Origin: Planctomycetota bacterium
Lineage (GTDB): Bacteria; Planctomycetota; PLA2; JAEUHO01
Assembly: GCA_965222115.1 (NCBI GenBank)
Contig: CBDCTJ010000007.1
Span: 1,504,001 to 1,568,000 of the forward strand
Length of the DNA stretch: 64,000 bases
Direction of reading: 5' to 3'
In this document: in pieces, positions 1 to 8,003 of the stretch
Layout: every line of letters begins with the position of its first letter
How positions within the stretch are numbered: position 1 is the stretch's first letter
Translations under genes and position numbers: made by a program
The notes under the pieces: model-generated
Database searches by the model: none
What the model was told of the DNA's origin: nothing
The model's input: only the letters and a program-made list of their open reading frames with translations

Positions 1-71
1 CGGATCGGTTTTATGGTCCCTGCCACGGGACAGCGCATGGGCTCGCCATGCATGCGCAGGAGGACACGATA

Positions 72-803
72 ATGCACGCAGAGATGATCAATGCAGCGAT
101 GACGAACGTAACGAAGACGAACCGTCGTTTTAGAGTTCTGGCCCTCGCGGTAGCACTGATCGCGGGCATCGGTGCCAGTGCAGACGTGGCACTCGCTGCG
201 CCCGATCTCGCCGTCGTAGACATGATGCGCCTGATTGAGTCGCACCCGGATACGCAGACGCTCGACGCCAAGCTCAAGCAGGCCACCTTGCGCGCCAAAA
301 AATCGGCCGACGATGAGCGCAAACGTCTCGACAAAATGCGCAAAGAGATCGAGCTGCTCAGTCGCGGGAGTCCCGAGCGACTTGCCAAGGAGAAGCAGTT
401 TCAGCAACGCATGACCAACGCCGACTTTGCCTACAAGTGGGAGTTGAAAGTCGCGCGCGATCGTTACGTTGCCGCCCTGGAAGAAACCTATCAGAGCTTA
501 CGCGCCGTGGTCGCTCGTTATGCACGCATGAACAACATCAAACTTGTCATCCAGCACGTCGATCCGTCGCGACCCATCAATGCCTCTGAACCCCAGGACT
601 TTTTTCTCAAGCTTCGCTTGCGGCAAGTGGTTCATTTCGACAAGACCGTAGACATTACCGATGCGATTCTTGCTGAGGTGAAAAAAGACGCGGCCAGTCG
701 TGTTCCCGCCCCCAATCGCGGTGGCGCAGCAAACAATGGACGCGGTGCCGGTCGTTCACCCAACCGCCCGTCGGAGATTGGCGCACCACCGAGCGGACGG
801 TAG
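72..803 (+). CDS. skp: OmpH/Skp-family periplasmic outer-membrane-protein chaperone
   Basis: Signal peptide, 'LAVVDM' strand, long coiled coil and C-terminal 'VDITDAIL'; sits upstream of lpx genes; AGGAGG RBS at 58-63 before ATG 72. Confidence 0.8.
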   Translation: MHAEMINAAMTNVTKTNRRFRVLALAVALIAGIGASADVALAAPDLAVVDMMRLIESHPDTQTLDAKLKQATLRAKKSADDERKRLDKMRKEIELLSRGSPERLAKEKQFQQRMTNADFAYKWELKVARDRYVAALEETYQSLRAVVARYARMNNIKLVIQHVDPSRPINASEPQDFFLKLRLRQVVHFDKTVDITDAILAEVKKDAASRVPAPNRGGAANNGRGAGRSPNRPSEIGAPPSGR

Positions 804-830
804 TTGCGCGGCGTAAGGCAAGGGACGCCC

Positions 831-2141
831 ATGGCCCGTAATCAACGCACCGTACGCGGCGAAGCCAGCGTTACCGGCGTGGGGCTTCACACCGGTGCGT
901 CCACCACGCTCACCGTTACGCCCGCCGAGGCGAATCAGGGCGTCGTATTTGTTCGTAGTGATATGGACGGGGAGCCGCGCGTTCCCGTACACGTCGCCAG
1001 TTTGCGTCAACAGCAACGACGCACAACGCTGGTGGGGGATGCGGAAGCCGAAGTCCACACGGTAGAGCACTTCCTTAGTTGCATGCATGCGCTGGGTATC
1101 GACAACGCCACGGTACGCATTTCGGGTCCTGAGTGCCCCGGCATGGATGGCAGCGCGAGGCCCTTTCTCGACATGTTGGATGCCGCGGGCATCAAGGAGC
1201 AAGACGAGCCGCGTCAAGTGATTCGTTTAGATTCGCCGGTATCGGTTCAGACCGGTCCGCGTTGTTCGCTTTCGGCGCTTCCCACCGACGGCGAGTTTTC
1301 CGTGGCGTATACCCTTGAGTACGGCCACGTATACCTAGACACACAACACTTCTCGGCACGCGTGAATCCCGAGTCGTTTCGCAAACAAATTGCGGGCGCG
1401 CGCACGTTTTGTTTGGAAGAAGAGGCCCAAGCGCTACGCGACAACAACTTGGGTCTCGGTGCCACCTATGAGAACACGTTGGTTGTGGGCGACGAAGGCG
1501 TCATCAACAATGAGTTGCGTTGGCCGGATGAGTTTGCACGCCACAAAGCGCTCGACCTGATCGGTGATCTCTATTTGCTGGGTGCCGACCTTGAAGCCCA
1601 TGTGGTTGCACTACGCAGCGGTCACGCGGCCAACCTCGAACTGGTGCAGGCGATTTTGCGTCATGTGGAAGATCGTGAACGAACCGCCAAGGGCGATGAG
1701 CCCGCGCTGCGCCACGACCAAATCGTGCGCATCCTTCCCCATCGCTATCCCTTCCTCCTGGTGGATCGCGTTACCGAACTCGAGGGCTACACGCGTGCGG
1801 TGGGCATCAAGAACGTCAGTCTCAACGAGCCGTTTTTCCAAGGGCACTATCCCGGTGAGCCCATTATGCCTGGCGTACTCATTCTGGAGGCCATGGCCCA
1901 ACTTGCCGGCCTGCTGTTGCTACGAAAACTCGAACTTACGGGGAAGGTGCCCGTATTGCTCTCCATCGACCGCGTGAAGTTTCGCCGCGCAGTCGTGCCA
2001 GGCGACCAGATTCGACTGGAGGCGTTTACGATTCGTTTGTCGGGCGGGCGCGGACGCGTACGGTGTCGTTCCACGGTAGGGGGTGTTCGTGTTGCGGAGG
2101 CCCGCTTGAACTTTGCACTCACGGAGTCGTCGTCGGCATGA
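831..2141 (+). CDS. lpxC/fabZ: Bifunctional UDP-3-O-acyl-GlcNAc deacetylase / 3-hydroxyacyl-ACP dehydratase (LpxC-FabZ fusion)
   Basis: LpxC motifs QRT, GVGLHTG, TVEH, HKALDLIGDL; FabZ motifs LPHRYPFLLVD, FFQGHYP, MPGVLILEAMAQ. Confidence 0.95.
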   Translation: MARNQRTVRGEASVTGVGLHTGASTTLTVTPAEANQGVVFVRSDMDGEPRVPVHVASLRQQQRRTTLVGDAEAEVHTVEHFLSCMHALGIDNATVRISGPECPGMDGSARPFLDMLDAAGIKEQDEPRQVIRLDSPVSVQTGPRCSLSALPTDGEFSVAYTLEYGHVYLDTQHFSARVNPESFRKQIAGARTFCLEEEAQALRDNNLGLGATYENTLVVGDEGVINNELRWPDEFARHKALDLIGDLYLLGADLEAHVVALRSGHAANLELVQAILRHVEDRERTAKGDEPALRHDQIVRILPHRYPFLLVDRVTELEGYTRAVGIKNVSLNEPFFQGHYPGEPIMPGVLILEAMAQLAGLLLLRKLELTGKVPVLLSIDRVKFRRAVVPGDQIRLEAFTIRLSGGRGRVRCRSTVGGVRVAEARLNFALTESSSA

Positions 2142-2965
2142 GCGCTGCGCCATCCAGTCCATCCGTTCACGCCACCGCCGTTGTGGATGATCGCGCCACA
2201 CTGGGCGAAGGTGTTGAAATCGGACCCTACGCGGTCATTGAGGGACCCGTTGTCTTGGGTGATGGCACGCGAGTGCGCGCGCATGGCATGGTGTGTGGCC
2301 ACACCGAACTGGGGCGGGAAAACGAAATCTTTCCCGGTGCGGTCATCGGGATCGCCCCGCAAGACTTGAAGCACCGCGGTGAGGCCACGCGTCTTGTCGT
2401 GGGCGACCGTAACCAGTTTCGCGAACACGTTACGGTACACGCCGGGACCATTAAGGGCGGTGGCATCACGCGCATCGGATCCGATAATCTTTTTATGGTG
2501 GGATCCCATGTTGCACACGACTGCGCGATTGGCAATCGCGTTGTTCTCTCCAACCATGTCCTCTTGGCCGGTCACATTCGCGTGGGCGACCGCGCCATAC
2601 TCAACGGCGCGTGTGCGTGCCACCACTTCACGACCATCGGGCGGCTTGCGTACGTGGGCGGACTTACCCGTATCACACAAGACGTGCACCCGTTCACGAT
2701 TGTCGAAGGTCATCCGGCGCGAATTCGTGCGTGCAATGTTATTGGCATGCGCCGCGCCGGGATTGAAGAGGACGACGTGCAGCTTATCAAGAATGCGGTT
2801 CGCGACATTTTGGTGTCGGATCGCATGTCGGCCGCCGACGGTATTGCGAGATACAACGAGTCCCATCCCGGGCATCCCTTGATCACGGAACTTGTTGCCT
2901 CCATCGAGGCGTCACGTGACGGCCGCCAGGGCCGGGCGGGTGAACTCCCCGCGAAGAAGACCTAG
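2138..2965 (+). CDS. lpxA: Acyl-ACP--UDP-N-acetylglucosamine O-acyltransferase
   Basis: Hexapeptide repeats, PQDLK, HVAHDC, LAGH, DVHPF; ATGA overlap with the lpxC-fabZ stop. Confidence 0.95.
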   Translation: MSAAPSSPSVHATAVVDDRATLGEGVEIGPYAVIEGPVVLGDGTRVRAHGMVCGHTELGRENEIFPGAVIGIAPQDLKHRGEATRLVVGDRNQFREHVTVHAGTIKGGGITRIGSDNLFMVGSHVAHDCAIGNRVVLSNHVLLAGHIRVGDRAILNGACACHHFTTIGRLAYVGGLTRITQDVHPFTIVEGHPARIRACNVIGMRRAGIEEDDVQLIKNAVRDILVSDRMSAADGIARYNESHPGHPLITELVASIEASRDGRQGRAGELPAKKT

Positions 2966-2979
2966 GAACGGCAACGCGG

Positions 2980-4119
2980 ATGAGTCACAGATCAAGCGCC
3001 CAGACGCCGAGTTCCTCGCCTTCGCGTGAACCGCTTTCCGCTGCCGTGATTGGCGTGGGAAGTTTCGGGCGTCATCACGCACGCATCTATAGCGAGCTTG
3101 CCGATCAAGGCGTTCAACTCACCGGACTTGTCGATGTCGATCTTGATCGCATTCGTTCCCTTGCCGATGACCTTGGTGTTCCAGCAGTAGCTTCGATGGA
3201 TCAGCTTCCGAACCGCGTGGACTTGGCATCGATTGCGGTGCCGACGTCTGCGCATCGTCAGGTCGCCGAGCCTCTGTTGCGTCGTGGCATCCATTGCTTG
3301 GTGGAGAAGCCCATTGCGGGATCCACGCGCGACGCGTCGGCACTGGTCGATGCCGCACGCGACGGACGTGCGTGTCTGCAAGTGGGCATGGTCGAACGAT
3401 TCAATCCCGTCACGGAAGCGCTCGATCAACTTGGCGAGCCGCCTGTGTATGTGGAAGTGCATCGCCTCAGCACGCCCACGCCCCGCGTAACCGACATCGG
3501 CGTCGTCATGGATCTAATGATTCACGACCTCGATATTTTGAATCACGTCATGGGCGCGGTCACCATCGACGACGTGCAAGCTGTGGGCGTGAGCATGATG
3601 GGTAAACATGAAGACATGGTGAATGCGCGTTTGACCTATGCGAACGGCTGCGTGGCCAACGTCACGGCAAGTCGCGTGTCGAGTCAGCGCATGCGGCGCA
3701 TTCGTGTGTTTACTGCCAGCGGCTATATGTGTTTGGATTACGACCAACGCGAAGCGCGCATCGTTCGCTCGCGCACGCAATCTACCGCTTCCAAGGCGCC
3801 AATCGACGCTGCTCCCGCCGACGCGCGCGCGCGTCTTGATCGCCCTGTCGATGATCACGATTGGGAACTGCTGATTGCGGCCATGGCGGCGCAAGCGGCG
3901 GGACTGGATGACCAGCGCGTGAGCGGCCACCGTCCCGAGTTTGAAGAGCTCCTGAGCACCCAGTGCCTGCCGGTGGTGGACGGGGAGCCGCTGCGGCGAG
4001 AAATTGAATCGCTCGTGGCAGCCATTCGGGCTGGGTCGAGGCCCGTCGTGGAGGGCCAGGCGGGGCTCCGCGCGCTCCATTTGGCGGAGCGAATCCTGGC
4101 TTCGTTGGCGGTTGGGTAG
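2980..4119 (+). CDS. Gfo/Idh/MocA-family oxidoreductase (GnnA-like, in lipid A cluster)
   Basis: GVGSFG Rossmann motif, LVEKP, ERFNP, DLMIHDLD; directly after lpxA. Confidence 0.85.
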   Translation: MSHRSSAQTPSSSPSREPLSAAVIGVGSFGRHHARIYSELADQGVQLTGLVDVDLDRIRSLADDLGVPAVASMDQLPNRVDLASIAVPTSAHRQVAEPLLRRGIHCLVEKPIAGSTRDASALVDAARDGRACLQVGMVERFNPVTEALDQLGEPPVYVEVHRLSTPTPRVTDIGVVMDLMIHDLDILNHVMGAVTIDDVQAVGVSMMGKHEDMVNARLTYANGCVANVTASRVSSQRMRRIRVFTASGYMCLDYDQREARIVRSRTQSTASKAPIDAAPADARARLDRPVDDHDWELLIAAMAAQAAGLDDQRVSGHRPEFEELLSTQCLPVVDGEPLRREIESLVAAIRAGSRPVVEGQAGLRALHLAERILASLAVG

Positions 4120-4184
4120 CCGGTACAAGCCCGCAATCCGCACGATTCGCGCCTCCGAAGCGGCTCCCCGCGCTTGATGCGCTT

Positions 4185-4212
4185 TTGACCCAATGACCGG
4201 GGGCGCTACACT
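4185..4212 (+). promoter_or_regulatory. Candidate sigma70 promoter of the rpsB-tsf operon
   Basis: TTGACC (4185-4190), 16-nt spacer, TACACT (4207-4212), about 270 nt upstream of the rpsB start. Confidence 0.5.
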
Positions 4213-4485
4213 CGCGCGCTTGTCCCCGCATTTTTGACCTATTTCGGTCAGTGGGAGGGACGATTTCGGGCCCGCGTCGCTGCGTGCGATGGCGGTCGTT
4301 TGAATTTGGTGGCCGCATCCGGCCGCCCGCACATCGGTGGTGGTCGCTTCGCAGGTTGTGACGCGTCCCGGTGGGTTGTACGTCTGCGTCATCATGTTGA
4401 TGAGTGCGTCGTGTGTTGCGGGCCCGGTCGATGCGCGTCGATGGAGAGTTGCGATGCAACGTATGCGACGTTCAAGGAGTCGGAC

Positions 4486-5538
4486 TTGTCTCAGATAACG
4501 CTCGACCAATTGCTGGAAAATGGCGTGCACTTTGGACACCGCGTGAGCCGGTGGAACCCGAAGATGAAACCCTTCATTCACGGCAAGCGCAATTCGATCC
4601 ACATTATTGATCTCAAGCAAACCGTACGCGGCCTCGTTCGTGCGCGGCATTACCTCCAGGGCATTGCGGCCGATGGTGGCCACATCCTTTGGGTGGGTAC
4701 CAAGCGCAGCGCCAAGGAATCGGTACGCAACATCGCCGTGCGCACGCGCCAGCCCTACGTTACCGAGCGTTGGCTGGGTGGCTGTTTGACCAACTACCGC
4801 ACCATTCGCAGTCGCCTCGGTCGTCTTGCCGAACTCGAAAAGCTCGCTGCCGACGGCACCATGGAGTTGCTCAAGAAGAAGGAGCAGGCGCGTCTTCGGA
4901 TTGAAGAAAAGAAGCTGCTCAAGAATCTCGGCGGCATTCGCGACCTCGAGCGTTTGCCCGCGTGTTTGGTCGTGGTCGATCCCAAGAATGAGCACATCGC
5001 CGTCGCCGAAGCCAACAAGATGCAGATTCCTGTCATCGCGTTGCTCGATACCGACTGCGATCCCGATTACGTCGACATTCCGATTCCCGCCAATGACGAC
5101 GCCATGCGCTCCGTCAATCTCCTGTTGTCGCTCCTCGCCGAAGCGGTTGAAGAGGGCAATAAGGTGTGGGCGGTCGTTGTTGCCGAGCAGGAGAAGATTG
5201 AAGCGGCCAAGCGTCGCGAAGAGGAAGGTCGACGCGAAGCCGAACGTCAGCGTCGCAAGGTCACCGAAGACTGGCAGGCACGTTTGCGTGCCGAGCGCAG
5301 CGGTGGCGGTGATGCGGCAACCGCAACGGCAACCGCAACCGCAACGGCAACAGGGCCCGGCGACGGAGAAACACCCGTCGCCGATGGCAGTTCGCCTGAA
5401 AGCAAAGCACCGGAAGGCGATGACGCTAAGCCGTCGGACGCGCCGGAAAGCAAGTCCGAAGCATCGGATAGCCAGTCGGATAGCAAGCCCGATGCGACCG
5501 AGAGCAAGCCCGACGCACCGGAAGGCGCCGCCGAGTAA
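4486..5538 (+). CDS. rpsB: 30S ribosomal protein S2 with long low-complexity C-terminal extension
   Basis: LLENGVHFGH, WNPKMKPFI, VGTK, RWLGG, DTDCDP, PANDDA; TTG start after AAGGAG RBS. The ORF-track start at 4234 is too far upstream. Confidence 0.97.
   Translation: MSQITLDQLLENGVHFGHRVSRWNPKMKPFIHGKRNSIHIIDLKQTVRGLVRARHYLQGIAADGGHILWVGTKRSAKESVRNIAVRTRQPYVTERWLGGCLTNYRTIRSRLGRLAELEKLAADGTMELLKKKEQARLRIEEKKLLKNLGGIRDLERLPACLVVVDPKNEHIAVAEANKMQIPVIALLDTDCDPDYVDIPIPANDDAMRSVNLLLSLLAEAVEEGNKVWAVVVAEQEKIEAAKRREEEGRREAERQRRKVTEDWQARLRAERSGGGDAATATATATATATGPGDGETPVADGSSPESKAPEGDDAKPSDAPESKSEASDSQSDSKPDATESKPDAPEGAAE
5317..5352 (+). repeat. 6 x 6-bp GCAACN microsatellite encoding (Ala-Thr)6 in the S2 tail
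   Basis: gcaacc gcaacg gcaacc gcaacc gcaacg gcaaca read directly. Confidence 0.85.
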
Positions 5539-5680
5539 GTTCGGTTCAAGCAAATTTCGACGAGGCGGCGCATGTTGCGAGGCCATGCCGCGGGCGCAGC
5601 ACGCCCCGATATGTAGGACGTGATCGTGCCGATCGGGGCATGAGCCGCACCCCTAGCCGCGACATGGAACAGGACCACCG

Positions 5681-6553
5681 ATGAAGAAGGACAGCACGAT
5701 GGAAATCTCAGCCAAACTCGTGATGCAGCTGCGCGCCCAGACGGGCCTACCCATGATGAAGTGCAAGAAGGCGCTCATCGAAGCCGAGGGCGACATCGAG
5801 AAAGCGTTCGATCTTCTGCGTAAGGACGGCGCGAAGACCGCCGAACAGAAGCGCGGTCGCAAGACGGCTCATGGCCTCGTTGGTACGTTTCTAAATGACG
5901 ATGGCTCCGCCGGTGGGTTGGTACAGGTGCAATGCGAGACGGAGTCCGTTGCCGTGACGCCCATGTTCCTTGAGTTCGTTGAGGGCGTCACCGAATGCCT
6001 GCGAACGAGCGATGCTGCCGACGCCGACGCACTGAAGAAGCTACCCTGGAAGGGTGACGCGGGCGATACCGTTGAAGAAGCCCTGCTTTCGCTGGTCTCA
6101 AAGATCCGCGAGAACATTCAAATCGGTGGTGTTGCGAAGTACAACGCCGAGGGCAAGGGCTGCGTGGGCATCTACCGCCACCACGACAAGAAGACCGCTG
6201 CCATGGTGGCGCTCGATGGCGAGGGCGACCTCAACAATTTCGCCCGCGAACTCTGCATGCACATTGTGTTTAGCCGCCCAGAAGTGCTTTCTCGCGATGA
6301 GCTCAATGCGGCCGACATCGAGAAGGAAACCGCGTTCTTGCGTGAGCAGATTGCCGAAGATCCAAAGATGAAGGGCAAGCCCGAGGCGGCCATCGAAGGC
6401 ATCCTTAAAGGGCGGCTCGAAAAGAACTATTTCGGTACCCGCGTGCTCAATGAACAGCCGTGGTACCGCGACAACTCGTCAAAGGTCACGCAACACTTGG
6501 ACGAGCACAAAGCCGAGATCCGCGAGTTCATTCTCGTTCAACCCGGGGGATAA
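5681..6553 (+). CDS. tsf: Translation elongation factor Ts
   Basis: ISAKLVMQLRAQTGLPMMKCKKAL N-terminal motif, CET, MHI, GKPE; follows rpsB; alternative start at 5699. Confidence 0.95.
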   Translation: MKKDSTMEISAKLVMQLRAQTGLPMMKCKKALIEAEGDIEKAFDLLRKDGAKTAEQKRGRKTAHGLVGTFLNDDGSAGGLVQVQCETESVAVTPMFLEFVEGVTECLRTSDAADADALKKLPWKGDAGDTVEEALLSLVSKIRENIQIGGVAKYNAEGKGCVGIYRHHDKKTAAMVALDGEGDLNNFARELCMHIVFSRPEVLSRDELNAADIEKETAFLREQIAEDPKMKGKPEAAIEGILKGRLEKNYFGTRVLNEQPWYRDNSSKVTQHLDEHKAEIREFILVQPGG

Positions 6554-6592
6554 GTCGGCCTTCGCCGAATCCTCAGTGAGAGTCCATCCTTC

Positions 6593-7321
6593 GTGAACGC
6601 AACTCTTCGATGGCAACGCGTCTTGCTGAAAGTCTCGGGAGAGGCGTTTGCCGGTGCGTCGGGCCGACCGGTGGATGCCGACGGCATCACGTCGCTCGCC
6701 AAAGACATCGCTGAAGCTCATGCGATGGGCGTGCAGATCGCCGTCGTCAATGGCGGCGGCAACATCCTTCGTGGCGCGCAGACGCAAATCGACGGATTGT
6801 TGCGCACCACGGCCGACACCATGGGCATGCTGGCGACCATTATCAATGCCCTTTCGCTAGCCGACTTGCTCGAACACAACGGCGTGCCCACGCGTGTGCA
6901 AACGTCGATTGCCATGAAGGAAGTGGCCGAGCCCTATATTCGTAGTCGCGCCATTCGTCATTTGGAAAAGGGTCGCGTAGTCATCCTCGCGGGCGGCACT
7001 GGGCATCCGTTCTTTAGCACCGATACCACGGCCGCCTTGCGCGGGAGCGAAGTCGGCGCAGACGTCGTCCTGAAAGGCACCAAAGTTGATGGGGTCTACG
7101 ACCGCGATCCCAAGATTCACAAAGACGCCACGCGATTCGAATCGCTTTCCTTTGAAGATGTGCTCGAAAAGCGCCTGCACGTCATGGATCGCACCGCCAT
7201 CACGCTCTGCGAAGAAAACAAGCTGCCCATCGTGGTATTTGAAATGGGCGCTGGCAACTTGGCCAAGCTGCTTGGTGGCGCAGATATGGGAACGTTGGTG
7301 GACGTCGCCCCCGCGTCTTGA
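6593..7321 (+). CDS. pyrH: UMP kinase
   Basis: RVLLKVSGEA, GGGNI, GMLATIIN, GTGHPFFSTDT, KVDGVYD. Confidence 0.97.
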   Translation: MNATLRWQRVLLKVSGEAFAGASGRPVDADGITSLAKDIAEAHAMGVQIAVVNGGGNILRGAQTQIDGLLRTTADTMGMLATIINALSLADLLEHNGVPTRVQTSIAMKEVAEPYIRSRAIRHLEKGRVVILAGGTGHPFFSTDTTAALRGSEVGADVVLKGTKVDGVYDRDPKIHKDATRFESLSFEDVLEKRLHVMDRTAITLCEENKLPIVVFEMGAGNLAKLLGGADMGTLVDVAPAS

Positions 7322-7394
7322 TACCACTTATGCTCCCGGCGGTTGTTCTTAAACCTCGTTTGAGACCGATCGCCAGCCCGAACCGAGGAACGCC

Positions 7395-7955
7395 ATGAGC
7401 CCCGATGACATCATGAAGGACGCAGAGAGCCGTATGGACGGCGCCGTCCAACACCTAACGAGCGAGCTCGCCGGATTGCGATCCGGTCGTGCCAGCCCGT
7501 CACTTGTGGACAAGCTCATGGTCTCGGCCTACGGCTCGGATACGCCGCTTAGCCAGCTGGCGCAAATCGGTTGCCCCGAGCCACGCCAGATCGTGATCAA
7601 GCCGTATGACCCGAGCATCTCCTCCGACATCGAAAAGGCCATCATGGCCTCCGACCTCGGCCTCAATCCGAGTTCCGACGGCAAGGTATTGCGCATCAAC
7701 ATTCCTCCGCTTAGCGAAGAACGCCGCAAGCAACTTGCCAAGGTCGTCAAGACCCAAGGCGAGGCCGCCAACGTATCCATCCGCAACGTCCGCCGCGACG
7801 CCAACAAAGCCGGCGACGCCGCCAAGGCCGACAAATCCCTCAGCGAAGACGACCTCGAGCGCCTCAAAAAGAGCATTCAGGAGCTGACCAAGCAATACGA
7901 GGGCAAGGTCTCGGCGCTCGTTGAGAAGAAGTCGAAGGCGTTGATGGAGGTGTAG
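7395..7955 (+). CDS. frr: Ribosome recycling factor
   Basis: LRSGRASP, LGLNP, IPPLSEERR, VSIRNVRRDAN. Confidence 0.97.
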   Translation: MSPDDIMKDAESRMDGAVQHLTSELAGLRSGRASPSLVDKLMVSAYGSDTPLSQLAQIGCPEPRQIVIKPYDPSISSDIEKAIMASDLGLNPSSDGKVLRINIPPLSEERRKQLAKVVKTQGEAANVSIRNVRRDANKAGDAAKADKSLSEDDLERLKKSIQELTKQYEGKVSALVEKKSKALMEV

Positions 7956-8003
7956 GACGCGCACATGGTCAGATGCGATACAGCAAGACGATTCGAAGGC
8001 CCG

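Noticed and set aside
831-2141. LpxC-FabZ fusion as a novelty
   Set aside because: Already a well-known bifunctional architecture in several phyla.
4234-4485. N-terminal extension of S2 in the ORF track
   Set aside because: Homology begins at the TTG at 4486, which has a good RBS; the upstream part is better explained as 5' leader.
3514-5586. 690-aa minus-strand ORF
   Set aside because: Antisense to rpsB and the oxidoreductase; a typical high-GC shadow ORF without motifs.
5566-5590. Hairpin between rpsB and tsf as an intrinsic terminator
   Set aside because: The stem is imperfect and has no U-tract; rpsB and tsf are normally co-transcribed.
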